Counted from the first letter of the stretch, positions 27,866 through 37,924 are shown. The stretch is 53,659 bases of DNA from a virus (IMGVR_UViG_3300005259_000078:1-53659); one strand, 5' to 3'. Numbers and translations are program-made. The notes: generated from the letters alone by a model not told the origin.

Positions 27866-28084
27866 TTACATACAATCTCGATGCCACAATTCGGCGTTCA
27901 TATTGATCCGGCCGGGGCCGCACCTGATTACGCCGATATCCCGTACTTTGGCATAGCCGATCGCATATTGTCTCGGGCTGTTAAGTGCGCGGAGAATTTT
28001 TACCGCGCAACGCCGGTACAGATACATCTTGCTTATCTGGTTCCTTGATTTGATTCCATAAACAAAGTAGAATTCATTTTTCAT
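27866..28084 (-). CDS. hypothetical protein
   Basis: Operon packing only. Confidence 0.4.
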   Translation of the reverse strand: MKNEFYFVYGIKSRNQISKMYLYRRCAVKILRALNSPRQYAIGYAKVRDIGVIRCGPGRINMNAELWHRDCM

Positions 28085-28091
28085 ACTTTCG

Positions 28092-28331
28092 TCACCGGTA
28101 TTCCACTACGCCACATTTGCGGCAACTCATTCGCGTTTGGCCCGAATGTGGGTTAGTCACGCCATCCGGCCGTAACTCATGTCCGCCGGTCTTCTGGCAC
28201 CAGACGATCTCCAGCGCTTGAATATCAGCTTCCAGGCGATGAAGCAGGTTTGATACTTTCAGCCAGCGCAATTGCCGACTGGCCAGCGCAGATTGAATTT
28301 CCGTGGGGGTGGCGTCCTGATCAATTTTCAT
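28092..28331 (-). CDS. hypothetical protein (coiled coil + Cys/His)
   Basis: ATGA overlap with the ParB-like gene. Confidence 0.55.
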   Translation of the reverse strand: MKIDQDATPTEIQSALASRQLRWLKVSNLLHRLEADIQALEIVWCQKTGGHELRPDGVTNPHSGQTRMSCRKCGVVEYR

Positions 28332-29851
28332 GCTTTTTTATTCTCCAGATCTTTAGGCACGGGAAGTTCCGCGATTGCTTCAGTCATGAACTTTTTCCAG
28401 TCCAGACCGCACAGATCGCAAATTTCCTGCCCCTGTTTCTGATTGATATCTTCGCTGTACCACCTATTCGTTCTCAATCCTGCTTCACTGGAAAAGCTTT
28501 CCAGAATGGACCGCCAGCACCAATCAAGCGCCCGATCAAGATCGATTTTATTCCGATCAGCCAGGCTTTCTTCGCAATCATCGTTTTCCTGAACACCGAA
28601 AAGCATTGACAACTTTATAATCATGTCGGGCGACGGGCGCTGCGGCAGCGGCGGACGCGGAGCGGAAGGTTTGTTTTCGGCCTCTTCATCCTCATCCGGT
28701 TCATCAAGCATGGAGTCAAGATATTTTTGCAGCTTATCATAGGCCAGCTTCATCCGATCCGTCTGGAGCTGTGCCAGTCTCTCCTTAGCGGTCAAAGGTG
28801 GAGCCGGTTTGCTGGTCGGCTTATCGTTGACCCGAATATGTACATACGTTCCGGATCCTTCACCATAGGCGATATAGGCGTTAGGTTTGGCGTTTTTATC
28901 ATCGATGATTTCATACGCATCCCGGGTAAGTGCGCTGACACCCTTGGGCAATATTTTCGGCGGCACATAGTATTCGCTAGAAATTATTTTTATTTCGTCT
29001 TCCGGCTTGGTTTTGCCGCCTTTACCAGTGCCTTTTATGATCGCGTCCAGATCTGTCTTGATCTTTTCCGTTTTTTTCTTGTCCCAGCATTCCGGATCCA
29101 GGCAACAGTCGTTCTGCTTGCTCTGCAGTTCTTCAAACAGCCAAGGCGCTTCCTGGCTGCGCTTCGGGCATTTAGCGCAGTCCGGATTGCCGGTCAGAGG
29201 GAACGGCGCACTGGATAGTTGGTGGCAGAATTTTTTATTCAAATCAGCCGCGAAGTTTTCCACGCTGCCGATATTGCCGCCCCGCAGACTCCAATCATCC
29301 TCCAATTGTTTCTGAATATGGGCCGGATAGCGGCTGATGATTTCATAGTGCCCGATCTTCATTCGAGAATAGCCGCCTTCGGCCAGCGCTTTTTTAAAGT
29401 GGTCATTCAGTTGGGCAAGGTTCATCCGAAGCCGAACATATTTTTCATTTCTGCCGATCATTCTGGCTATATCGGCGTAATCATGGCATTTGGCCAGACC
29501 GGCCAGATGTTCTACTTCCTCCATGATAGTCAACTGACGGCGTTCGTAGTTCTCAACAAAGGCGACCAGGTCGGGTTCGTTCGTGTCAATGATCCGATAA
29601 TCGTCCGATTCCAGTTCGTAGCGCTTCAGCAGTTGCAGGGCAAAGTAGCGACAGCGACCCGCAATGACCTCATGGTGCTTGCCGTCGACCGGAGGATCCA
29701 GGCGGCGCAAAGTAATCGGATTGATCAGACAGGTATTGCCGATTGATACGGCCATGTTCTTGATGTCGTCGTCGGTGAGTTCCCGGTTTTTTACGCATCT
29801 GATTTCGTTCAGGTTCAGGATCGACGACTGTGGTGCTGTGTCTTTCTTCAT
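28328..29851 (-). CDS. ParB/RepB/Spo0J-family protein
   Basis: LINPITLR, VIAGRCRY.A, ENYERRQL, HTH, C..C...C....C cluster. Confidence 0.85.
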   Translation of the reverse strand: MKKDTAPQSSILNLNEIRCVKNRELTDDDIKNMAVSIGNTCLINPITLRRLDPPVDGKHHEVIAGRCRYFALQLLKRYELESDDYRIIDTNEPDLVAFVENYERRQLTIMEEVEHLAGLAKCHDYADIARMIGRNEKYVRLRMNLAQLNDHFKKALAEGGYSRMKIGHYEIISRYPAHIQKQLEDDWSLRGGNIGSVENFAADLNKKFCHQLSSAPFPLTGNPDCAKCPKRSQEAPWLFEELQSKQNDCCLDPECWDKKKTEKIKTDLDAIIKGTGKGGKTKPEDEIKIISSEYYVPPKILPKGVSALTRDAYEIIDDKNAKPNAYIAYGEGSGTYVHIRVNDKPTSKPAPPLTAKERLAQLQTDRMKLAYDKLQKYLDSMLDEPDEDEEAENKPSAPRPPLPQRPSPDMIIKLSMLFGVQENDDCEESLADRNKIDLDRALDWCWRSILESFSSEAGLRTNRWYSEDINQKQGQEICDLCGLDWKKFMTEAIAELPVPKDLENKKA

Positions 29852-29862
29852 TTTTCTCCACC

Positions 29863-30195
29863 TTATTGTTCTATGGGTTTATCTTCAGCCAGCGGCTGAA
29901 GCAGTTCGGCTAATTCGATGCCTTTGGGCGTCAGGGACAGATCGCGCTTGCGCCGGTCAGCCATGCGCCGGTCGACGGTGATCAGCTGCCGCTTGCTGGC
30001 CTTGGGACGATTCTTGCCGCGGCCGTTGGCCATCAGCGCAATCTTCACCTGGACCAGCTTGCGGTCCAGCATCAGGATGTCCGCCAGTTCCCGGATCGAG
30101 AAGCCCGGGTGTTCGTCAACCGCCAGCAGGATCCGGATCGACACCAGGTCGAGATTCGGATAAATTCCGGCAAGATGGTCGATCAGGCTGATCAT
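29863..30195 (-). CDS. MarR-like winged-helix protein
   Basis: SIRELADIL...DRRKRDLSLTPKG. Confidence 0.75.
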   Translation of the reverse strand: MISLIDHLAGIYPNLDLVSIRILLAVDEHPGFSIRELADILMLDRKLVQVKIALMANGRGKNRPKASKRQLITVDRRMADRRKRDLSLTPKGIELAELLQPLAEDKPIEQ

Positions 30196-30225
30196 CGTGC
30201 CGCCATCCGTCCGGCGCGACCGGAC

Positions 30226-30546
30226 TTAACATAATTAACATTCCCCGGTAGACGGGCGGTAAACGCCTGAAAACCAGCATGATAGTAAGCAAAAGACTGA
30301 GTTAACAATGGCTTAACATCGGTTAACACGGGTTTACAAGATTTTTTCATTTTATATTGCAAGTCCTTAATTTTTAACAGATAATAACTTTTAATGATTT
30401 TGCGGTGAATGTTAAGTAAGTTAAAAAACCATTGACTTAACATGTTAATGGATTGTTAATTGATTGTTATGTCTGGAAAACCTTGGCTAATCCCATGCTT
30501 TTTAAGGATTTGAATATTGTTTTATAAATAATGTTAATAATGTTAA
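30226..30546. other. putative replication origin (iteron array)
   Basis: AT-rich; TTAACA at 30226, 30235, 30302, 30313, 30323, 30374, 30437; TGTTAA at 30410, 30443, 30454, 30532, 30541. Confidence 0.7.
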
Positions 30547-30608
30547 TAAGTTCCGGTATGCCCTTGAGTTTTGGAGATATCCAAAAATTTCGAGCTGAAA
30601 AGATATTT

Positions 30609-33299
30609 TTACTCATGTTTGGCCGTCTCCGTATTTTGCCTGAATACCCAGCAGCCCATTGGCTTATCATAGATGATTGATCTGACCACCTTGTACCCGA
30701 TGCAAACCCGCTGCTGACTGCTCTTAAATAAGGAAGGCAGTTCGGAAAGCGCCGGCAGGTTCTGACGGTGGTTTGCCGCCACTTCCTGGAAGTGGGGCAG
30801 ATTGATCGCAATCAAGCCGGGATCCCTGGAATGATTAAGGATGTTCTGCATGACCCCTTTATCGGCAGGCATTTCCCGGAGAAATTCGTAGATTTCCCAG
30901 AACTGTTCCAGCAACGGATGGTCGCTGCCCAGCCGTCCCTGACGACACTTGGCCCGATCCCAGATATGATTGATCACCGCATCTATCTGTTCCGGCTGCA
31001 GCTGACTCTTGAACAGCGTTGGCAATTGTAGTGCCCAGGCGGCGATCTGCGCATGGCAATGGCGGATCCGGTATTCCTTAACTTCGCCGTGCTGGTTTCT
31101 GGTGTTGAAGTCGGCCAGCACTTTATCATAGGCTCGGTAATAGCCATCGAGTAGCGGCCGTTCGTTCCGCAGCGCCACATGCAGGAAGCCGCCCAGATCC
31201 TGAGATGACATTTGCTTCAGCCGGTCGGCCATGGCCGCATTGGTGGCATTGAAGTGATCCTGGGTGACATGACAATGGACGATACGGGAAAGCACGGCCG
31301 GAGCCGCCTTTACTTCAGCATTCTGGGATATAAGCAAACCGCCGCGAAAGATCAGCTGGCTGGTCTCCCCGCCGGTGGTCTTGACGCCGGTGGTTCGGAT
31401 CGAGGCGTGGTAGTTGAACATGTCCTTAATTTCATTGAAGTCGAATGCCTTGGAATTAAGTCGCCGTGAATCTTCCTGACGGTCGCCCTCCAGCAGCACC
31501 ACCGGCAGATTTGAGATCTGCGACATCTGCCTGGCTCGACCGGCCGGAGTGGTTTTGTTGGGGTCGAAGCCTTCGTAGTCATCGATCCCCAGGCAACGCC
31601 ACATGAATTTAAGCTGGGTGCTTTTCCCGGCGCCAGGCGCGCCGGTGTATTCCAGGAATGGCCAGCTATCCTGGCGCTTGCGGATCTGTTCGGCGAAGAG
31701 CGTGCCCAGCCACCAAGACAGCAGAACCATGCCGTTAAGGCTGAACGCTTCATAGAAGTCGTTAATCCAGGCTCCGGTGAACTCGTCAGGTGATTTCCTC
31801 ACCGTTAAACCGATCAGATTGCATTTGACAGATGTGCGGCCAAAGGAAAAGAATTTGTATTCATTGACCTTCTGGTATTGGCCATTCAGATAAGCGAAGT
31901 CGGGATAGACGTAGATTTTGCTGTCTGCCTCATAGCCCAGGAATGGAATACCTTTTACGAACTTAACGCTCTTCCTGAACCAGCGCTTATGCAGACACGC
32001 CAGATCCGTGACGGTACCGGTAAACGGCGCGAAGCCGGTTGGCTTTAATAGCCCGGTAGAAAAGTTGTCCGGGCTCTTGTAGATCGTACCGTCCGCGGTC
32101 AGCAGCATGGCCGGGGTTCCGTTGGCGAATTCGACGTGGAAGCAGTTCATTCGTTCCTTGGTCAGAATGTCTTCTTCCATATATAGGAATTGCGGACGGC
32201 AGGGGCAGATCTCGCGCATTTCCGTAAAGGCGTTGAACTTGGCGAAACAATCGTCGATGTATCCTTGTTCCTTGTTCCATTCGCCGGAATGCGGATAAAC
32301 AAACTGGTTGTCTTCGGCTCCTGCTTCTTTTTCGTTGACTTTATAACGCCAGAGGGTAGCGCCAAAATCGAACACCCAGTGGTTGGTTTTGAACCGACAA
32401 TAGTGGAAGAACGCCCGGCGCTGCGGGGTTTCGGCCATAGCATAAAAACCGCGCCAGTAACTGTCGCGGATATATTCCGGCGTCAGACGGCCGTCGCGGA
32501 ACACGTCGTCCCAGTCTTCGCCGTTCTCAGGAATGGCAATCCGATAGAGTTCTCCCATTTCCTTCAGTTCGTTACGGAACTTCCGGGCGGCGTCATGACC
32601 GGCCTGATCGGCGTCCTCGGCGATTACCCAGGTGATCTTTTTTCCTTTGTTGGCCTGGATGATCAGCCGCGGAAAATTGGATGCAGACAGTCCGGAGATG
32701 GCTTTGACGCCGATGTGCAGCAGAGCCATGCTTTTAAAGATGCCCTCGGTGATCCAGATCTCGTCGCCCTTGTCAAACTTCATGCCTGGCGGAACCCAGC
32801 CGTAGCCTTGAAATTCACCGAAGATCTTGGTTTTCGCGCCGTTCTTCCGGACATCGTCGGCATCAATGATCCGTTTCCAGCTGCATTCTCGGGAGATCGC
32901 GACTTCGACCGCCGGATAATATTCGTTCTTGGTCTTGTGCTTGATGGCGCCCTGGCGGTACATGCCGCGAATCTTGGACAGATCGAAGCCGCGGATCTGT
33001 TCCATGTAGGCGTCGGCGGTGGCGTTGGGGTTGGTTTCGGTCGCCGGGTGTCTACGGGAAATGTTTTCGAAGATCTCCGGATAAAGTTCCCGGGTCGTGG
33101 CGGTCCACTTGCAGTTCTTCAGCCGTCCGCAGGTGACGCGGAACGGCTGTTTTAGACTGACAAAGCATTCTTTTTCGCCGCAGTTCGGGCAGATCCCTGA
33201 CCGCAGACTGTCACCTGATCGTTTGAACTGAAACTGCTGGTCATTCTCCAGCGACCGGATGATCTCCTGCAATACTTCGTCAGGATAGTTGATGTTCAT
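30609..33299 (-). CDS. primase-helicase (Zn finger + Toprim + P-loop)
   Basis: CPNC...C....C, ITEG, DAD.AG, DW.D, GAPGAGKST. Confidence 0.9.
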   Translation of the reverse strand: MNINYPDEVLQEIIRSLENDQQFQFKRSGDSLRSGICPNCGEKECFVSLKQPFRVTCGRLKNCKWTATTRELYPEIFENISRRHPATETNPNATADAYMEQIRGFDLSKIRGMYRQGAIKHKTKNEYYPAVEVAISRECSWKRIIDADDVRKNGAKTKIFGEFQGYGWVPPGMKFDKGDEIWITEGIFKSMALLHIGVKAISGLSASNFPRLIIQANKGKKITWVIAEDADQAGHDAARKFRNELKEMGELYRIAIPENGEDWDDVFRDGRLTPEYIRDSYWRGFYAMAETPQRRAFFHYCRFKTNHWVFDFGATLWRYKVNEKEAGAEDNQFVYPHSGEWNKEQGYIDDCFAKFNAFTEMREICPCRPQFLYMEEDILTKERMNCFHVEFANGTPAMLLTADGTIYKSPDNFSTGLLKPTGFAPFTGTVTDLACLHKRWFRKSVKFVKGIPFLGYEADSKIYVYPDFAYLNGQYQKVNEYKFFSFGRTSVKCNLIGLTVRKSPDEFTGAWINDFYEAFSLNGMVLLSWWLGTLFAEQIRKRQDSWPFLEYTGAPGAGKSTQLKFMWRCLGIDDYEGFDPNKTTPAGRARQMSQISNLPVVLLEGDRQEDSRRLNSKAFDFNEIKDMFNYHASIRTTGVKTTGGETSQLIFRGGLLISQNAEVKAAPAVLSRIVHCHVTQDHFNATNAAMADRLKQMSSQDLGGFLHVALRNERPLLDGYYRAYDKVLADFNTRNQHGEVKEYRIRHCHAQIAAWALQLPTLFKSQLQPEQIDAVINHIWDRAKCRQGRLGSDHPLLEQFWEIYEFLREMPADKGVMQNILNHSRDPGLIAINLPHFQEVAANHRQNLPALSELPSLFKSSQQRVCIGYKVVRSIIYDKPMGCWVFRQNTETAKHE

Positions 33300-33553
33300 G
33301 CCTGGCCTCCGGCTGTAACGGTTGACGCGGCATCAATGAAGCAACGGCATTGATTTATCGTTGTCTGGGCTGTGCGCTCGGGATAATCGCCTTCAAACGT
33401 CTGTAGCCGGATGCCCATTGGCGTCAGCGGCTTGAATTCAGTGTCGGTTTTGATTTTTAAGTGCGGCACTTTGATGGTTACGGACAATAGACGATTGTTA
33501 AGGACCGCCTTGCAGGGGATGTCCTGGATAACAAAGTCGCGTTTCTTATACAT
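33296..33553 (-). CDS. hypothetical protein
   Basis: Coupled to the primase gene (ATGA). Confidence 0.55.
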   Translation of the reverse strand: MYKKRDFVIQDIPCKAVLNNRLLSVTIKVPHLKIKTDTEFKPLTPMGIRLQTFEGDYPERTAQTTINQCRCFIDAASTVTAGGQA

Positions 33554-33554
33554 A

Positions 33555-33797
33555 TTATATTAACCCCTTGAATAGATTACAGATTTCGAGAAAACCGGTT
33601 TTATAGTCGCCTGGCGGAGTAATTTGATTGGTGCCGTAAATAAGATCTTCCGGCAAACTCCCGGCAAGCAATTCCTCCGCGGCAGCAAGATGTCCCCATA
33701 CTTTCAGATCATCAGTACCGTCGTTGAGTAATGCGAGGATCCTGGCGTTGCTTTCGTCGCGCAGATCCTGCAATTTTTGTTTGATCTTGCGGTTCAT
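33555..33797 (-). CDS. hypothetical protein
   Basis: ATGA overlap with the CII-like gene. Confidence 0.55.
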   Translation of the reverse strand: MNRKIKQKLQDLRDESNARILALLNDGTDDLKVWGHLAAAEELLAGSLPEDLIYGTNQITPPGDYKTGFLEICNLFKGLI

Positions 33798-34267
33798 TTT
33801 TTCTGGTCGTAAACACCGGATTCGCACGCCAGGACAAATTCTTCAGTCAGGCGCTTCATGACTTCCCATCGAGCGCGGATCTTGGCCCCTTCATCTTTGG
33901 AGATGGAGAGGTCGGATTCTGCCTTGCTGATCTCGTCGATGACCGCAGCGAAATCACGGAGGATTTCCGCAACCTGCTTTATGATCGGTTCCTGCCCGGC
34001 TCGAATCGCTGGATTTTTGACCAGGATGCAGCCGAATTCCTCGGCCATGTATTCCAGCAGCGTTAGTTTTCCGGTCTGGCTTTCGACCGCTTCCATGAAA
34101 GACATGACTCGGTCAAGAAAATTCGGTGTTTTGCCTTTGGGCTGATATGGAAGTTCTCCGGCAACTTGATTGTTCAGACTGCCGATTGCCATTTGCATTG
34201 CGTTAGCAACTGCCGGGCGGTGACATCCTTTCAGTGCATTCTTTACAGCCTGTTGAGTTGTTTTCAT
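33794..34267 (-). CDS. phage regulatory protein CII/YmfL-like
   Basis: HTH N-terminus, LEYMAEEFG, D..IS..E..KI; start 34267 with GGAG RBS. Confidence 0.65.
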   Translation of the reverse strand: MKTTQQAVKNALKGCHRPAVANAMQMAIGSLNNQVAGELPYQPKGKTPNFLDRVMSFMEAVESQTGKLTLLEYMAEEFGCILVKNPAIRAGQEPIIKQVAEILRDFAAVIDEISKAESDLSISKDEGAKIRARWEVMKRLTEEFVLACESGVYDQKK

Positions 34268-34773
34268 TGAATGGTCTCCTGGGGGAATAGATATGGCTGG
34301 TTGTCGTTGGCCTTGGCAATTTTGCAGGAACGAAAGTGCGGCATGACCGGAATCAGTCTGCGCAGTCCGGTTTTTTCGCTGATCTCGCCGTAATTCGCTT
34401 CCTGAATGATGCGCCGGACGAAATCGATCTTGTCTTCGTCGGAACGTTGGGAAAGATAAAAGCCGTGTTGACGGATTGACGGCAACACTTCCGACGTGAC
34501 CCATTTGCGGAATTTTTTCGCTTCCGGTTTCCGGGATTGGAAGATCAGATGATAAAGCCCGGATTCGTTGACAAACCACATGGATCGGCGTTGACCTGAC
34601 CGGAATACTGTTCCGGTCAGCTTTTCGTCGTCATCAAGTGATTGGACTGCTTTTCTGGCATCAGTCAATCCCAGAATATCGCAGACGTCTTTGGCTGCAA
34701 AAAGTGCTTGATGAGTGTCGTCAAGTCGTGTTTGTAAATCCCGTCCGTCATAATTGAAGATCTTGTCAAGCAT
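34264..34773 (-). CDS. Bro-N antirepressor
   Basis: FAAKDVCDILG, VNESGLYHLIFQSRKPEAKKFRKWVTSEVLPSIR. Confidence 0.92.
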   Translation of the reverse strand: MLDKIFNYDGRDLQTRLDDTHQALFAAKDVCDILGLTDARKAVQSLDDDEKLTGTVFRSGQRRSMWFVNESGLYHLIFQSRKPEAKKFRKWVTSEVLPSIRQHGFYLSQRSDEDKIDFVRRIIQEANYGEISEKTGLRRLIPVMPHFRSCKIAKANDNQPYLFPQETIQ

Positions 34774-34863
34774 TTTCACTCCCCTCTTGATTCGAACATG
34801 ATGATTTTTTAGTATTTATTTCATTAACTTGGTTCATTGCGCAATAATCTCCTTGTTTAAGTT

Positions 34864-34921
34864 GCCGGTTCTCCGGGTTGCGATCCCGGAGAATCGGCGT
34901 GGTACTGGGTGGTGCTGGTAC
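34864..34921. promoter_or_regulatory. hairpins in the antirepressor leader
   Basis: GCCGGTTCTCCGGG/CCCGGAGAATCGGC stem, then GGTACTGGGTGGTGCTGG matching 2559-2576. Confidence 0.55.
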
Positions 34922-35006
34922 TTGGGGATGATTCTAAGGTGAAGCTTTCAGCTTGTGTTTTTGTTGTCGTGCAGTCACTGTTAAGTCATATGAAAAAAAT
35001 GACTAA

Positions 35007-35165
35007 TTAACAACTTGACTTGGATGATATTTTACAATGTTCTTTATTTATGATAATTGATAGCTGTTGAGCCGGGGTTCGTTTCTGGATACGTGCAATA
35101 ACTCTAAGCTTTTCTCGGTCAATCTTGTTTGACGGTAGTGTGCAATACTCTTCATTCTTAGACAT
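35007..35165 (-). CDS. 52-aa Cro/Cox-position regulator, ribbon-helix-helix-like (not in ORF track)
   Basis: MSKNEEYCTLPSNKIDREKLRVIARIQKRTPAQQLSIIINKEH...; AAGGAG RBS; divergent from cI. Confidence 0.65.
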   Translation of the reverse strand: MSKNEEYCTLPSNKIDREKLRVIARIQKRTPAQQLSIIINKEHCKISSKSSC

Positions 35166-35193
35166 ATAAAAACTCCTTAAATGGGTGGTGTAT

Positions 35194-35281
35194 TAAGACT
35201 ATAATTAGTCTTATGACCAAATCAAGACCAGTTTTATAAAAAACTATAGAATTTTATAAAATTATGGGTGATTTTATGACT
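35194..35281. promoter_or_regulatory. genetic-switch operators
   Basis: Palindrome TAAGACT-N6-AGTCTTA (35194-35213) plus TATGACC, CAAGACC and TATGACT half-sites; related AGTCAT/ATGACT pair at 34984-35004. Confidence 0.55.
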
Positions 35282-35298
35282 AAACATAGGGAAAGCTT

Positions 35299-36132
35299 AT
35301 GCCGACGATAGCTCTAAAAATTATTTACGATGCCATAAAAATGGCAGTTGAGGAATGTGGCTCTGAAAGTGAATTGGCTAGACGTTGTAACCTTGAGCCC
35401 AAAGTTATTAACCGTTATATGAATAATAAGGTAAAACGAATTACTGAGGAAAAATGGTTAAAGCTTGAGCCTCATGTTAAGAGGTTTTTGCCTGCAAATT
35501 TGGATTGCGAGTGCATTGGCTTTGCTGTTAAACGTGAACCACAGCCTCAAATACTATCGTCTAAAATGATAAGCCGCGTTATGTTGGATGTCTTTGATCA
35601 ACTTGACTCCGATGCACAGCATGAGATTATAAAGCAAGCGGAGCAGTATTTGACGAAGCAGCAGATTGACCGCAACGAAACATTGATGCAGGAAGAAGAT
35701 GAGAAGTTGGTCGGTTTTGGTATTACTTGCCGTTACAATACTGAATATCGGTTTACAACGCAGGGGCTATGCTGGCTGTACAATGGGATTGAATATAATA
35801 AAAAGCATGGAGAACTCCTGACGGTGGCTTTGCTGAAAAAGCTGTTGCAGTCCGAGCCTCCGGTTAGTCACCGGCGAAAACTGTGTATTCGGGCGCTTGC
35901 GGTTGAGGTTGACCGCGACGAAATATATTATCAATATGCTTTCTATCTTAATGGTACGCCGCCCAAGCTTTATACGGCGGGATTTGATAAGACCTATCGT
36001 CTGACGGATCATTTCGAATTTTATCCGACACTTAAAGCTCCGTTCGGAGTTGACGATGAATCTTATGTGGAAGTTTTCTTTACGTCTGAAGAAATCGCTG
36101 AGTTAAAAGCCGGAAAAACTCTGAAAATTTAA
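35299..36132 (+). CDS. CI-like repressor (N-terminal HTH, unrecognised C-terminal domain)
   Basis: GSESELARRCNLEPKVINRY HTH; position divergent from early genes. Confidence 0.7.
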   Translation: MPTIALKIIYDAIKMAVEECGSESELARRCNLEPKVINRYMNNKVKRITEEKWLKLEPHVKRFLPANLDCECIGFAVKREPQPQILSSKMISRVMLDVFDQLDSDAQHEIIKQAEQYLTKQQIDRNETLMQEEDEKLVGFGITCRYNTEYRFTTQGLCWLYNGIEYNKKHGELLTVALLKKLLQSEPPVSHRRKLCIRALAVEVDRDEIYYQYAFYLNGTPPKLYTAGFDKTYRLTDHFEFYPTLKAPFGVDDESYVEVFFTSEEIAELKAGKTLKI

Positions 36133-36152
36133 CCTTTTACGACTTTTTCATT

Positions 36153-36866
36153 ATGAATAACAACATTGTTTCAAAAATACGTAATATACCTGTAGAAAAT
36201 TTATCCCTGGAAGACAAACGGAATATTGGTTGCTTGGTAGCAATTTTTTCTTTTATCCCAGGTCTTGGACATGTTATTCAGCGCCGGTACATTGCTGGAT
36301 TCTTGTGGTTTGTTGCAGTCTCAATTGGTTATTGTTTTGTAATTCCGGGCCTAGTTTTGCATTTTTTATGTTTAGGACACGCTATAGTTAAGTTCAAATT
36401 GACCAAAGAGGAAGAGCAAACATTGAGGACACATCGTCAAGCTCTCATTTTCCAACCCAAGCCCAAATCTGCAGCGAATCAGAAAAGACAAGATGAAATA
36501 ATTGAACGAATAAAAGTGGCTGATGCCAACCGCGAAAAAATTGCATTAGAATATTATGAAAGACATAATATTGCCACTCGCAAAATCCCCAAAGGAATAG
36601 ACGTTTTATGGCTCGAAAAACCTGTAATCATCAGTTTTAGATATACATCAATGGAAACTGAGGATAAATTGCGAACGATTGGAGCATATTTGATCTACTC
36701 CGATGGATATAATAAATTTATTCAAGGCTATTGCTTTTGGCGTAATGACGAACGGACGTTTAAGCTGGAACGAATTGATGGCCATATTCGTGATTTAAAA
36801 GACAATAAAACGTATTCTCCTGACTGGTGGGTCAGCCAAATGGTATGTTCAGCAACGGAGGATTGA
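36153..36866 (+). CDS. membrane protein with C-terminal WYL-like domain
   Basis: Hydrophobic FIPGLGH N-terminus; FRY...R.I...GYCFWRNDERTFKLERI. Confidence 0.7.
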   Translation: MNNNIVSKIRNIPVENLSLEDKRNIGCLVAIFSFIPGLGHVIQRRYIAGFLWFVAVSIGYCFVIPGLVLHFLCLGHAIVKFKLTKEEEQTLRTHRQALIFQPKPKSAANQKRQDEIIERIKVADANREKIALEYYERHNIATRKIPKGIDVLWLEKPVIISFRYTSMETEDKLRTIGAYLIYSDGYNKFIQGYCFWRNDERTFKLERIDGHIRDLKDNKTYSPDWWVSQMVCSATED

Positions 36867-36868
36867 CA

Positions 36869-37924
36869 ATGGCTTTGCGATTAATCGGCGAAATATGGCA
36901 TGCGTACTATAGAAATGAACACGGCAAATTAGTGACGCGGTCGACCGGGAACACGGTCAAAACGGAAGCGGCAAAGATTGAACGCATTCTAATGCGTGAA
37001 ACCAGAGTAAAACGGGCCAGAGTCCGCTTGGGGTTGGCACCAGCCTTGCTGGAATCAGATAAAAAGAACAGTCATAAGCATAGTCGGCGCTTAAAGCTGG
37101 CCGACGCACTGGAGGCAGCGGCAAAATACAAGCCGATCGGAGAAACCGCCATAAAGCACTGGCGGCGATTTGTTAAAAACATGCCCTATCGCTATATGGA
37201 TGAAATCACGCCTCAGATTGCCTATAACTATCTGGACCAGCAATATGGCGGCGATGATCACGGAAAGACTTTTAATAACAACCGTTGCAGTCTAAATCGC
37301 ATTTTTCAATTGCTACGCCTTGATTCAGGCATCGACAACTCACCGTTTGACAAAGTTCCCATGCGACAATTTTCGCCAATCGGATTTAGACCATTTTCAG
37401 AGCAAGAGTTCATACTAATCTTCAAATCATCAACATTGCTATGGAAAACAGCAGAATTGATTGCGTGGCATACCGGACTGCGCGAATGCGACTGTCACGC
37501 AATAGGCGAATCCAATATCAAGGATGGCGGGATTTCCTGGTTGCCAGGCAAAACCGCACGATTTAAACGCAAAGTATGGGTTCCTGTTAAAGATCAACTC
37601 CGGCGATGGCTGGATAAATTACCGCCATCGCTTGATGGCCGTTTCTGCGGTTTTGAGCCGGATTCAAGAGATAGTAATGAATTTGAAACCTATTTCACCA
37701 GACTGCTTGAACAACTCGGGATCAAAGACAACGAGGATGGACAGGTCGGGTTTCCCAGTATTAGAAAATCTTTCGTTACCAGGTTAGATGAAGCACATAT
37801 TGCGCGGCACGCCATTCGCGGCATGGTCGGTCATGTCAGTGACGATCAAACTGACGATTATTCCTTTGACCGCCAATCAGCCAAGAAAATCCTGGAGCTG
37901 CCAGATCCGGAACTAGGCCTCTAA
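36869..37924 (+). CDS. int: prophage tyrosine integrase
   Basis: TGLR, SIRK, VGH, Y; adjacent to attR; GGAGG RBS. Confidence 0.88.
   Translation: MALRLIGEIWHAYYRNEHGKLVTRSTGNTVKTEAAKIERILMRETRVKRARVRLGLAPALLESDKKNSHKHSRRLKLADALEAAAKYKPIGETAIKHWRRFVKNMPYRYMDEITPQIAYNYLDQQYGGDDHGKTFNNNRCSLNRIFQLLRLDSGIDNSPFDKVPMRQFSPIGFRPFSEQEFILIFKSSTLLWKTAELIAWHTGLRECDCHAIGESNIKDGGISWLPGKTARFKRKVWVPVKDQLRRWLDKLPPSLDGRFCGFEPDSRDSNEFETYFTRLLEQLGIKDNEDGQVGFPSIRKSFVTRLDEAHIARHAIRGMVGHVSDDQTDDYSFDRQSAKKILELPDPELGL

Noticed and set aside
30192-30811. 83-aa and 114-aa ORFs
   Set aside because: They span the AT-rich iteron region or overlap the primase gene; better explained as an origin
34268-34579. N-terminal 104 aa of the 261-aa ORF
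   Set aside because: Overlaps the Bro-N gene; the RBS-supported start is 34267
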